A stretch of DNA of 64,000 nt from the human T2T-CHM13v2.0 reference genome, Homo sapiens: assembly GCF_009914755.1 (NCBI RefSeq), contig NC_060937.1, one strand, 5' to 3'. Position 1 is the first letter of the stretch; each line of letters opens with the position of its first letter. Made by a program: the position numbers and the translations under genes. Shown here piece after piece: positions 38,524 to 51,754 of the stretch. Under the pieces are notes generated by a model. That model had not been told where the DNA came from. It saw nothing but the letters and a program-made list of their open reading frames with translations, and did not search any database.

Positions 38524-41500
38524 AATGCTTCTAATTAATAGCAGGAAAGGTGTCATAAAATTCTGTCCAAATGACATACTTATAGAAAGGAAACTAATAT
38601 AGCTAATAAGGTAGTATTGTTTAAATTTTGGATTTGTTTTATGATGTCATGCTTCAGCACAATAAACCAGCAATTGTCTTGATAAGAATGAATATGGACA
38701 AATTTCTACACTTCTCAGTTCCTGGTCTAGAAAGTCAGGGAAATTGGAAGATACTGTGTGCTCATCCATCAGATAAGTTATCAGATTTAAAAGGATGATA
38801 TCTATGAAGTTCTCAGAGCTCCTAAGCATTAGCATGGGTTATTACTATTATTATAAAGTGGCAAATGGTCTTTCGCATGTGAATTGGCTACTAAGAAACT
38901 CAGTGTAAAAAAGCAGTAAAGGAAAAAAGAGAGAAAAAAGAAAAGAATACTAACAAAAAAAATGCTGTGTGAGAATTAATGAGAGTGAAAAGTCAGAAGG
39001 CAGAAGTTTTATAGGTTACTGATCAGATGCTGATCTTTCTCCCTTTGAGCTTTTTTGTGTGTGTGCCTGTGCAAATGGCCTGGAAGTTTAATGAAGGCCA
39101 TCTTTCTCATGACATATCAGACATTTCACCCTGAGTCATGGCCAAAAATACCACAAGAAAAAAATGGCCCTTCTCATAGTATTCCAACCTTCCTTTTCCA
39201 GATGGATGGCATAATAAAAATATTCTTCCAATTATTTCAGAGCCTTTAAAGAGAAAGGGAGAAGACACAGCTTAAGTTCAGTTCTGAAAAGGCATGAAGC
39301 TGTCAGTGAAGCTATTTTTGAACAGGATGGCCATTCCTAGTAAGAGTTCTTTAAAGAAAACTTTTCTTTCCTGTTAAAAAAAAAAAATAGAGGGAAGGTA
39401 GAAGATTCACACCCTTATATCATAGTACCAGTGGAAGAATTATAATGTGGAGGTTTATAAAGTCATTTGAAATTTTGAAATACTCAGACAAAAGACACAA
39501 GGCAAATACAGGAATACTGAGCTCAATTTTGCAGTGGCATTGAAAGTACTTCCTTGTGAGGATTTCTTCAGAGGATTGTTTGAAGGACTAAGTACTAAAG
39601 TCCCTAAGTATTAAATAAATTCCTTCCCAGTTTCTCGCACCAGAACAGACAACCTCCACTCTTCTTTGTAATCTTCTCATAATAGGAGTCTATGCAAATG
39701 TCTACCTAAAGTTAATAAAATAGTAGCAATGACTAAGAACAAAGTTGATACCTTTAGAGTTTGTTACACAATGTAGATGGATATTCCTGCTCAGTTCTTT
39801 CTTTAGCATGTGAACGTGTGATGTCTATTTTGTCACTGACCATTGCTTGTAGCATATATTTTTTTCTGAATACAAATTCCCATAAGTAGGAGTAATGCTG
39901 GGGGTAAATAAATTATAAAGAATTTATATTTTTCCAAAATTGAATTCAAAAATGAAAAGGAAATTAAAGGGGCTAATTTAGTAGGATATTGTAACAGAGC
40001 CCATTCCTGACTTGTAAAAACGCTCGTATGTTTACTCATAACTGACTTTTATGGTTATAATAGGCCTTTTATTTTTGTTCTCTGAATAAATCCAGAGGAA
40101 AATCTTGGGATCTTTTATGTGGCAAAAAGAGCAAACACATTAGACCATTTACTTTATTTGACAATTAGTGGTCAAAAAGAAATTCAGCAGTTCTGAGTTT
40201 TTATTTTGTCTTCTACTATGACATAATCACTAGTCAGTAAAATATAAAATCGTTTTTACTTAGAGGGAATTATATTCTGAAAGTAGTCAGTATCAGCCTC
40301 TTACCCCAGAGAGAACTCCTTTGAAAAGTATTACAAGCTGCCTAAGCACTAAAGGTTCTCTTATATCTGTGTGTGGGATATGCCATTCATTTACTTGAAT
40401 GTATTACTCTTTGTTATGAACACACCTCTCATTGTGTTTTTAGGACCCTTGGACTTATTTAGCATTTATATAGCACTTCCATTTTAACAAAGATATGCCA
40501 CAGTAATTTATAGTAGTTATTCCTCACAGCACCCTGGAAAAATAGAAGGCCATCTCTGTACTTATTTCATAGATGAAGAACAAACTAAAGCAGGGCTTGG
40601 AAATATGGCAAAATTGTATGGATATATTTAAAATTAAGGGATGTAACTTCAAGGTTATTGTTTCATCAGGTAAGTCAATAAAAATATTTGAAATATAAAT
40701 GAAGGATTTAAATGTAGTCTTTCTTTCAATTCACTTAAGATTTCCGTATGTTTGCTGCTTTCTAATATAATAAACATGCATGTGGGTAAAATGATTTATT
40801 AGAAAGCTCACAAAATCCTCAATACATGAACATTCATAAATTCAAATATTCAGCAAAGAATGCATTACTAAATTCATAAAAGCAGAACCGAAAGAAGTAC
40901 ACTTCTTTTTGAGACTCCAGGGCAGTGAGGACAAACTAGTATGCAGGCCATTATCAAAGAGAGAGAGAAGAGTCACCAGTATGAGAAGAAGTTGCCTTAA
41001 GGCAAAGTGCAGTGTTTTGTTTTTTTGGTTTCTTTGTTGTCGTTAAAATCCTGTCTTTGGAAGTTATTTGCTGTGAAATCTAAAAAATTTAATGTTTCTA
41101 CTGTAAATAATTATATGTACCCAATAAGTATATTAAAATAATTTTTTAAAGTGTTCTAAGGTGTATTTTTCACACAATAATTGACATGTAATGAATGCTC
41201 AATAAAGAGTAGCTATTTTATGAACACCCAAATGAGGTATGAGCCGATATTTGCCCTGTTGGCTAGTATCATTCTCATCCCTTCATCTCAAATTCAGCAA
41301 ATAGGTACCACATATTTAGTCCTTCTCTTAGAGGATATACCAATCACTTTGATGATATGAAATTAATTATTCATATTTATGATGACTATTAATAATACTT
41401 TAAATGCACATATGATTTACATTATGAAACATTATCAGAGGAGGAAGTGACCTGAAATATGCCAAGATATAAGAAAGTTTTTACCTTCTCTTTTGCAAAC

Positions 41501-43529
41501 TCTGTTATTTCTTTAGCCGTAAAAATGTTTTATGTGAATTGTTATTTTCATCAAAGCTTTGTATATCCTTATAACCTCATTATTCTGATCTTTAGGGAAG
41601 CTGTGCATTATATAAGCACTGAAGACATTAGAAGGCAAAATCAGTAAAGAACAGAGGTAACCCGATTTCTCAAAAAAATCCTCAAAGTTCCTCAAGCCAC
41701 CAATGAAATAAATTTTTATTCATAACAAATAAGTCCTGCTACTCTGTGAATGCTTTTTCCAAAGAGGAGAGAATTTTCTGGATTTCCAGCTTGCCTTAAA
41801 TGCCAGGCTTCCTCTATGACTACTACTGACTGCCTCAGCAGGAAAGATGTTAAACGATTTCTTAGCCCAAAAAGTGGGGCTGCAGCTCTTGATCAATTAG
41901 TACAAACTCACTGTTGCCAAGAATTCCAGTACAAATATGATCTGGATATAGTGACCCAAATTATGCTTTGATTTAATTCATTCTGAAAGAGCTAGAAAAT
42001 AAACATTTTATAAATGCCTACTATGTGTTCAGTATTTTTCATGGTTTTATGTGTTCTCTCCAGAATGAAAGATGGATAGTCTTACCACCATTTATAAAGT
42101 TAAGGAAAAACATGCCCCAGATTAATATGAGATGGGAGGGAACTTGCATCCAAACTTCTGAACATTCCCAACAAGTGTTAAGAAGGCCGTGTTAAGTGAA
42201 GGATATTAGCAGATGTTTTCCTCCCCTGTGAATTAGAAAGAAAATAAATCATCTATCTAAATTATTTTTCTTAGAAACATTCAGCCAAATGTCAATGAAA
42301 AATCAAAATAAAAATGATAAATTGATATATAGGATGTGAAGTAAATATTCCAAATTACTACTGCTACTACTAACTAATTAATAAAATGTGGCTTACTGCA
42401 ACTTGAAAGAATAACAATAAAATCTTCCCAAATGCTACAGATAAAAATGCAAAGGATCAAAATAATTAATTTGAATTAATATCATGCTTTGGCCATATTA
42501 AAATTAGTTTTTCTGTCCAATAGAAGTAAATACTAAAACAAAAATACTGCTATTGATAAGCTCTCTAGGACTCAAATAGCTGAACCTAAGTAAAGGACAG
42601 AAGGCTTGATATACACACGTCATCAGAGTGGAAAAATCTCAAAGTATGAAAGCCTGTAAATGATTTCGTTTAGAATTTATAAAATATGCCACAGGTAGCC
42701 AGCTGGTCTAGAAGTTCCAACAAGGAAAATATGTTCATGAAACTTGTCATGACAAGAACTTTGCATCTGTGAGACTTGCAAAGAGAGAATTACAATAATA
42801 TAGCCTGCTGGCAATTTAGCTTAAGCCAGAATCGCTGAAAATATATACATGATATTAAAATGCTGATGTCTTGTTCTTGTGTCAGAAATGACAATGACAA
42901 GAATAGAAAAGAATCCACTGCCATTACAAAAACCATAGGATCACACAAAATGACCGAGAATGTCATCAAACTATGAAGAGACTACGAGCTTATCTTCCTG
43001 AAATGTTTTCTTCATACTGTCTAAAATTAGTTGGAAATGTGATTATGCTATATATAAGATAGTGTTTTTGCACGCTTTATTTGGAGAAAAGTCTGATCTT
43101 TCTGGGCAAAGGCTCTCCTTACAGAAAACAAACAACTTCATGAAGTTGCAGTCTCGATAATCTCAACAGTTAGATTAATAGTCAAATCTACAGTTTGCAA
43201 TAATTTATTTCATTACCTCTTGTTATCTGGCCTGAATGCAACTACCACTGTATTTTCTCACATCCAGGCAAGTGGGAGATCAAGATTTGGAAACTCAATT
43301 ACAAAAAATCATCTACAATAATGCTCTCATTTTCTGATACAGGAAAATTTATACAATTCAACACGTAAAAAAGTCCAAGTGCTGTCCCTTAATTTTCCTC
43401 TACTAACATTAATATTATGCTTGTTACTATATTAAATTGTGTTGGTAAGATTTGTTTGTTAAGTTTGAAATGTGATGCTTCAAATTTATACTTTAGAATG
43501 TTGCTGGTATTTAGAAATGTATAATTAAT

Positions 43530-44030
43530 ATGCCTTTGTAACCTTTGACTTAATATCATCATAATCATAGCCTGGTTGAGTATAAATTAACAAAACTCTA
43601 ATGGAAGTTCACTTGGAAATATCTATTGAAACTGACCCAGAAATTCTATTTGTAAATATTTCAAAATGTTGAAAGGCCAAGATATTAGAAACTACATTAA
43701 TATATATAAATACAAGATGGGTTGAATCAATTATGGTATAATCACAAAATGGAAAATTATGTAGTCATAGAAAATAAGGAGGTTGCTTGTTTATGTATAA
43801 ATATGAAAAGTTTTCTAAGATTTAGTGCTAATTAAAGTGAGGTACCAGTGTATGGAATAGTATATAGAAGAGGAAGAAGTATACATATACCTCTGAAAAA
43901 AAATGTAACAGAAACTAAGATTATTTTTTATCAAGCTCAGGGAAACTGGGTAGATGAGAAAACAGTGGGAGAAATAATTTTCAATGTTTCCCCTTATATA
44001 TTTTAAATTTTCCATTCTGTGAAAATATTA
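43530..44030 (+). mobile_element. Old L1ME-like 3' fragment
   Basis: tgacccagaaattctatttg...gttgaatcaattatggtataatcacaaaatggaaaattatgtagtcatagaaaat. Confidence 0.55.
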
Positions 44031-44031
44031 C

Positions 44032-44719
44032 TGGGCAGGAAAGAATTAACTCAGCAATCCTGAATTGTTCAAACCCTGCAGATTCTGAAGAAAAGCTCGT
44101 CTCTAGGACTGGCCCTTTGTGTCTCGCAGTGGGTAACCTCTCAGCTTTTGGAACCATCTGCCTGAGAAATGTGATTCTGTGTAACTAAAGACTTAGACCA
44201 CACTGCATTTTATGGTAAATATCTATGTTTGTATGCCTAGGGCACTGTGCCATGCTCTACCAGTTTGACCAGATAAATTTATCCCAACAATGTGGGGTAG
44301 AGTGGAGGGGTGGGAAACTTGGGGGTGAGAGGATGGGAGTGGGTAGTAGGAAAGTGAGAAATGACTGGAGCCTGTGTGAGGTCAATGCAGGAAATACATG
44401 CCTGTGTGACTGACTTCTAATAAAACACTGAACACCCAGTCTTGGGTAACCTTTTGTGGTTGGCAACACTTTGCACATATTTTCACATACTGTTGGTAAG
44501 AGAATGGAATGTGCCCCAGGGTGACTTTGCTGGGGAACACCACTGAAAGCTTGCACCTGATTTCTTCTAACCTTTCCCTATGTGCCTTTTCCCTTTGCTG
44601 ATTTGAAACAGTTCCCTTTCATTGTATACACCATAATCATAAGTACAACAATTTTTCTGAGTCTGTACATACCTCTAGCAAATCATCCAGCCTGAGGATG
44701 GTCTTGGGGAGACCTAACA
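44032..44719 (+). mobile_element. ERVL-class LTR (MER77/MER21-like)
   Basis: gaaagaattaactcagca...ttcaaaccctgca start; tgtgccttttccctttgctgattt...cctctagcaaatcatccagcctgaggatggtcttggggagacctaaca end. Confidence 0.75.
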
Positions 44720-44927
44720 AAATTGTATATTCCCAAAAATCAAAGTAAAACATTTCAAAGTTAAATTGCATTTATTAGGGTGAAATGAATTGGTAAATAA
44801 AAAGAGTTGATTAAACTCTCTTACTATAATCAAATTCTGTGCTACATGTGAGAAATTCTGAGATACGAATTTTGTGGGCTAATGAAATTCAAGAAGTTTG
44901 TGGGCTAATGAAAAAAATGAAACAAAC

Positions 44928-45334
44928 TACCAGGCCTCTGAGCCCAAGCCTGCACGTATACATCCAGATGGCCTGAGACAACTGAAGAACCACAAAAGAA
45001 GTGAAAATGGCCGATTCCTGCCTTAGCTGATGATATTACCTTGTGAAATTCCTTCTCCTGGACAGTGAGTCTCAGAAGCCCCCCCACCGAGCACCTTGTG
45101 ACCCCCCGCCCCTGCCTGACAGAAAACAACCCCCTTTGACTGTAATTTTCCACTACCTACCCAAATTCTATAATTTGGGTAATCTGCCAATCTATAATAG
45201 GGTAATCTGCCCCACCCCTATCTCCCCTCCCTGACTCTCTTTTCGGACTCAGCCCACCTGCACCCAGGTGATTAAAAAGCTTTCTTGCTCACACAAAGCC
45301 GTTTGGTGGTCTCTTCACACGGATGCGCTTGACA
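44928..45334 (+). mobile_element. HERV-H solo LTR (LTR7 family, LTR7C-like)
   Basis: caggcctctgagcccaagcctgcacgtatacatccagatggcctga...ctcacacaaagccgtttggtggtctcttcacacggatgcgcttgaca; perfect 5-bp TSD caaac. Confidence 0.92.
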
Positions 45335-45486
45335 CAAACAAAGTGAAATTATTAGTTTATAATCCAAAGGGTTATGATTACTTCCTATAAAGAATGGATA
45401 AGAGGCTCTGAGCTCCTGGACTTCAAAGTTTATTATTGTTAAGGAAAAGCATACAAGTACTATTTTATGAAAATGGTTTTCTCTAT

Positions 45487-45899
45487 TGTTAAAAGAAAAA
45501 CTTCACCCAAATTAAATTTAAAGGAGTTTAATTGAGCAATGAACAATTTACAAATTGGGCAGCTCCCAGAATCGCAGCAGATTCAGAGAATCCAGAGATG
45601 CCTCGTGGTCAGAACAAATCTGAAGTGATGTACAGAAATCAGAAGTGAAGTCCGGATCAGCTGGATTGGTTATAGGTTGGCATTTGTCTTATTTGAACAC
45701 AGTTGAACATTCAGCAGTATAAGAGTGGTTGAAGTATGGCTGCTGGGATTGGCCAAGACTCAGCTATTGTTACAGGTAAATACTTCTAAATTAGGTTTTT
45801 AATCCTGTCTACCTATTAGGTTAGGTTACGGTTTGTCCCTAAGGACACAAATATAAAAGTATGGAGTCCTTCTCAGGCCATATTTAGTTCCCTTTAACA
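45487..45899 (-). mobile_element. ERV1 solo LTR (MER57-like)
   Basis: tgttaaaagaaaaacttc...ggagtttaattgagcaatgaac...caggccatatttagttccctttaaca; TSD ctat/ctac. Confidence 0.85.
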
Positions 45900-47308
45900 C
45901 TACTATGCTCGATTATTAACCCTACTTGTTTTTCTCCCACTATCTCTAAAGCACTGCAAGATAGACATGTATATTTCTGTTTTACAGATAAGAAAATTAA
46001 AGCTCAGAGCCTGAGTCCAAGATCATACATTTAACTAGTCCAAGATCATGCATTTAACTACTATAAAAAGAAACAATATGACCATTCAGTACCGCAGGCA
46101 TGTGAATTATCCAAATCTTCAAGCTTTATAAGTGAAGAATTTTCAGGCTTACAGAGATTAAGAGATAGTAGGAACAGCCAGAGCCAAAATTTGAACAATT
46201 AACTTGACTCTGAAGATTATACTTCCTTCCATTGTGTTGAAGTGTCCTACAAAACGAAGTAGTCTATATAAACAAGATTTATAATATGTGGTCTGTATTC
46301 ATAATACAGACCAAAGTTATATGATTATGGAGAAATAGAATTATTTTTAAAGATTTGCAAAATAAAATGTTACTAAAAATACATATCTGGACTTAAGAAT
46401 TTCCAGTAATGCTATATTTATCTTTAAATGTAAAATAATTGTAAACAGAGAAACTTTGTTACAGTAGTATGCTTTAAATTGTATGAAAATATATGCATGT
46501 AAAACTGTCTAATATTGCTCAAAAATTAAATGTGTGTATGTGTATAAAATAAAAAGAAGTGAGACAATTACAGCATTCTCTAATTCCAACTAAAAATAAA
46601 TGAGTTTTTCTAGACACACTATTTTTAGATTTTGATTCCTTATTCCTGAAATAGCTATTTGTATTTTGAAAATATGGCTATATAAACCACAAGTAATCAC
46701 AGAAACAGTGAAAAGTTGTCAAATTGTATTAATATATAATGTATATATGGTTGCATCATAGTTATTAACCTAAGTATTAATTTTCAAGCAATTTCTTCAA
46801 ACCACTTAGATGGAGGCTAAGTAGAGCTGTGTTCGATGACCCCCATCATTGCATTGTTATTGAAAAAGTCAGAAGAAATTTAGATTACTAATGAAATTAA
46901 CCACATTAAAAGCTTATCTGAAAGTCTAAATTACAGCCTTTGAAGATTCAAAAAGTCAGAAACACAAAGACAGCTATATTTAACTGATTTAAAAGAAAAA
47001 ACAACACAGCTGGAAATTTATCATAAGACACAGTGTTCATAATACAGAGCTACACATAATTTTCATTAATGACTGTCCAAGCATTCTAAGACGTTTCAAT
47101 TTAAAGACAACATACATTTCCCTTAGGAAAACATCACCATCCTAAACGTAAGGTGGCTGTAATTTTTAAATGGGAAGAATGAAGAACTCTTCGAATCTTA
47201 CCATACCTTATAAGGAATAAGCTAAAATATTATCTGCAAAGGGGAGTGAGATGCAAAGACTCTCAAAGGGAGATTACTGAAGCACATGCTTCTTATAATA
47301 AGAACTGG

Positions 47309-47854
47309 TGATAGCAATAGGAGGCAAACAAGTTCTTAGGAAGACAGAGATGGGTCCTCAGTGAAACTCAACCTTCAAGCCAAAGACAGTCTAATACCTG
47401 AAAACCAAGCTACAAATTCCAGATAAAATCCATGGACCAGACTGAGAACTCCCATTCCCATTTGGTGTGCTCCCTTTTAATTGGTCCTTATCCTTTACCT
47501 ATTTTACATATACTTACCCTCCCCCAGTTGGTCTTTTACACTATGATGCTTCTTTCTGAATGGTGCTTTTTCCAAGCCTATACTCAGGCCAGTCAACACA
47601 CACTTCCCCATTCCGAGCTCATAGAAACCCCTGGACTCAGCCTTTGGGTCAGCAACCCACTTTTGGGTCCCCTCTCACTGCCGAGAGCTTTTCTGTTGCT
47701 CAACAAATTCTACTCTGCTTTACTCACTGTCCAGTGTCCACATACCCCATTACTCTCAGTCATGGGACAAGAACTCGGAACTTGCCAAGCTACAGGAGTG
47801 AAAGAGCTGTAACGCTCCTACTCACCAAACTACAGGAGCAAAAGAGCTGTAACA
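47309..47854 (+). mobile_element. ERV1 solo LTR (LTR1/LTR27/LTR28/MER52 group)
   Basis: tgatagcaataggaggc...gaaactcaaccttcaagccaaagacag...aaagagctgtaaca; perfect 4-bp TSD ctgg. Confidence 0.85.
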
Positions 47855-48671
47855 CTGGTACTAAAGAAAATAATAACATAAACCTCTGAGCCATCAAAAT
47901 CTTCCTGAACTCAGGATTACAAATCTAGTAGATTTGTAATTTACTGTAAGACTGTGGGATTGAGATGGTATTACATGTTGTGATTTTACATATGGTGAAG
48001 TGGAATCACTGAAAGTGTGCTACAGAAACTGAGTTAATGCGTATATATTGCCTGTCTTGAATCTTTTAAGAAGAAAAAAAATAGTTGATGGATAGTTTGA
48101 TACACAGTTCTTATCACTTGATATACAGTTTTTTAAATTGTTGAGATATACTTTACATACATAATTTATTTAGTATAAAATGGGAAACATTACACAACCT
48201 TCCACTTAATTTTATTCATGTTTAAACAACAAAGGAAGATCTAAATATCTTGGAAGAATGGAAGCAACTAGTGGATTCAGTGGAGTGTATTTAGCGTGAG
48301 AAAATAGAAAATGATGGTATAGGAATAAAATACTTTTTAAGAGACTTCAACATTGGGATTTTTTTTAAAGAAGAGTTGGTTGATAACACAATAATTTTTG
48401 TCTTTTTTGTTGTAAAAATTTAAGTATAACACTGTTAATTAGAATAAGGAGAAACATACTTTCTTTAGTTTTTATGTAACTATCTTTTTAAATTAAGAAA
48501 ACAAAATATTTCATTAGGTGCACACCAGTTGCCAGGTAAGCATTTAATTGTTTTTTTCCTGGGGAATCAAAAATAAATCAAACATGGTTCTTATTTTAAA
48601 ATCTCTTTTAAATACATGATGGATTTTAGTTCTAAAAGTTTTATCAGTAGTCATAAAAATGTGTAACATAT

Positions 48672-49029
48672 TGATATAGTTTGGCTGTGTTCCCACCTAA
48701 ATCTCTCCTGGAATTTAGGCTCCCACCATTCCCACTGTTGTGGGAAGGACCCAGTGGGAGGTAATTGAATCATACGGGCAGGTCTTTCCCATGCTATTCT
48801 CATGATAGTAAATAAGTTTCATGAGATCTGATGGTTTTATAAAGGGGAGTTTCCCTGCACAAGTTCTCTTCTCTTGTCTGCCACCACATGAGACATGGCT
48901 TTCACCTTCTGCCATGATTGTGAGGCCTCCCCAGCCACATAGAACAGTGAGTCCACTAAATCTCTTTCTTTTGTAAATTGCCCAGCCTTGGGTATGTATT
49001 GATCAGCAACATGAAAATGAACTAACACA
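48672..49029 (+). mobile_element. THE1-type MaLR solo LTR
   Basis: tgatatagtttggctgtg...ccatgattgtgaggcctccccagccac...aactaacaca; perfect 5-bp TSD catat. Confidence 0.93.
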
Positions 49030-50429
49030 CATATTTAGCCTGTGATGTTGGATTTGAATATCTACTAAGGAGAAATCAAATTTAGAAACCAAAAAAGTAA
49101 ACATTCCAAGTAATGTGGCACTCGGAATAGTTGCTTCTTCCTATCCAATTTCCCATGTGATAAACATGTATATAAAGAGATGCTAGGGATCTTCTGGAAT
49201 GATCTTCTGTTTTATTTAGCTTGTTGAAGAAGCCTTTAAATGAATAAATTTCTCTCAGTATTTTTGGTTCTTCTACCCCCAACAAAATTATAAACATTTT
49301 TGAAACAAATATTTTAACAGGATGTGTATCAATTATCATGGAAGACCAATATTCAAAGCACAAATTTTGTGTTAGCTGCCATTCCAAAGAAAAATTTGAG
49401 TAAGAGGTTCTTTTCACATCCCTATGACCATCTTTACCCTGTCCACTAAACAAAATTATTTCTCCTTTGAACTCCTCTCTTTCCTATTTAAGCACTATGT
49501 ATTTAGCATTTATTTTGTAAATACATTTATTTATCTTATTTAAGAGTTTCTTTTTATATATATACTCCATGAGAAAATTCTTGTTCACGTTTAGTGCCCT
49601 AATCTGAAGTCGTTAAAACTCAATAAATGTCTGTTGAATTGGTAAACTGGGCTGTAGAAAAGTCAGATAAGATATCATTTAAAGAAAATCATCTAAGTTA
49701 AAGTAGGTTTTAAACTCTCATTTGTATACAAGCGATAATTGGACAAAATAATTGAGACATACAGATGCAGCTACAGAAATACATAATTGTGTATATGTAG
49801 ATTTGCACTTAAAAACAAAGGTGTATTGTGTGTTGTGTCTCTGACACTTCGAGTTTGAGACAAAAACATGTTTTAGAAGATGGCACATACCGTTTAGACA
49901 CAGGCAAAATTAAACACATTACTGGAATATGTTAATGATGAAAGCTGCTGTTTTGATTTCTACATTGATGGCTGCTGGCAGGAAATTCTGGGGAATTTTT
50001 CATACATTATCTTTCTGTCTTTTTTGTTGACAAACATGTTTTCAAACAAACTTGGCATGGCATTACATTGTGGTAATGACTATATTCATTGCTGCTATGC
50101 ACAAAAGCACATGTACTAGAAAAGAAGGAGTTTGGGATTAATTTAATTAACTAATGAGACACATTAAATAGATATTCAGCAATCTGCTTAAAATGTAAGT
50201 TAAGCAGATTCATTATTCATTAACTTTGCAATACATGTAAAAAACAGAAAATCTTTACTCTTGAATATTAATTATCCTATGGAAGTTGAGCCAGATTACC
50301 TAATTTAGAATTTGGAATATTTCAATCTGTATTTATTTTTATTATTCATTTTTTTCATGAGAAAATTTGCTTCTCACAGAAATATTGTTTTTATTATGTT
50401 GTATATATTACCCTATTCTAGTATTCAAA

Positions 50430-50585
50430 CATTTTAAGTTATTGATCTCAGTTTCTGAATCTATAGTAATATTCACTATTTCATAAGTAATATTCACTAT
50501 TGCATAAGTTGTGTGTATCAAATTAAAATGAAAATATTTACATCAGTATCTGGCATATAACAATCACTCAATAACTGCTGATATT
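50430..50585 (+). mobile_element. MIR fragment with internal 21-bp tandem duplication
   Basis: tctcagtttc...; agtaatattcactatttcata / agtaatattcactattgcata (50465-50506); tctggcatataacaatcactcaataa. Confidence 0.6.
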
Positions 50586-50829
50586 TGCTGTATTATAATC
50601 ATCATCACCAATTTTTGTAATGATATCAATTTTTGTGATGATGATGTAATGTAAGCTAGTAACAAGTCATTCACATAATTTAAAAAAGTTCTGTAGCTTT
50701 TCTATAGAAACACTTGGTTTTCAGTTTCTAGAGATAAATCAGATATTTGAAGGGAATTAATTGTTTTTAATTTTCAATGATTAAACTAGACTTTTTTGGG
50801 GGGCTGTCAAATAGACAACAGCAAAATAG

Positions 50830-51245
50830 CAAACAAGTGTTTTAAAAGGAATGCACAGTGTTCTCTAATAGCACATAGTAGGTGCATCTAAACTGACTGG
50901 CAAGTTTAGGGAAGGCATCTCAGACAATGAAACATGCTGAATTCTGAAAAATAATTAAAACATATTGAATAAAAGTTATAGATGGAAGAAGTTCCAGATG
51001 AAAGAAGCAGCATGAGTAATAGTATGAATGTTTGAGAAGCATGCCACATTGGGGAGTTTTATGTGTAATAGAGGTTGTCTCATCTTGGTTTTGTAGGGTC
51101 CATGGAAATCACTGGAGGTTATAAAGCATAAGCAAGTGGAGAAACAGGTGAGAAGGAAGGCTAAATGAAAGATGTGAATTATATAGAACCTTGTATCGGT
51201 TGAAAAGTATTTTAAATTTATTCTAAAGGCAACCAAGAATCAACA
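50830..51245 (-). mobile_element. L2 fragment
   Basis: agggaaggcatctcagac...gaagaagttccagatgaaagaagcagcatgagtaa...gtattttaaatttattctaaaggcaa. Confidence 0.6.
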
Positions 51246-51754
51246 CAGATATTTTCATTTGATATATAGATCTTTTTAATTGTTGAGATATAATTTACAT
51301 ACATAATATATTTTGTTTTCAGTTTGATGAGTTTTTACAAATGTATATCTGCATGCAACAACCACCACAATCAAGATATAGAACATATCTATCACCACAC
51401 AAAGTTCCTCATATGCCTTTTAAACAAATGCCCTTTCTCTGTGAAGTAACCACCTTCCGATTTCTTCATTATTTTACCACTTTTGCTTCCTGTTTTTTAT
51501 ACAATGGAATCATAGAGATTGTAGTTTTTGTGTGTGCTTGGTTTCTTTTGAAAAATACGTTTTAGAGATACACCATGTTGTTGAATATGGCATTACTTTA
51601 TTCCAATTTGTTACTAATGAGCATTTCCTTGTATGAACACACAACCATGTGTTTATCAGTTCTTCTATTGATGGATATTTGGGTCATTCCAAATTGGGAC
51701 AATAATACATAAGGCTGCTAAAAACATTATGTACAATTTTTTTGTGGACATATG

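Noticed and set aside
42743-42756. 14-bp palindrome cttgtcatgacaag
   Set aside because: About 4 such palindromes are expected by chance in 64 kb
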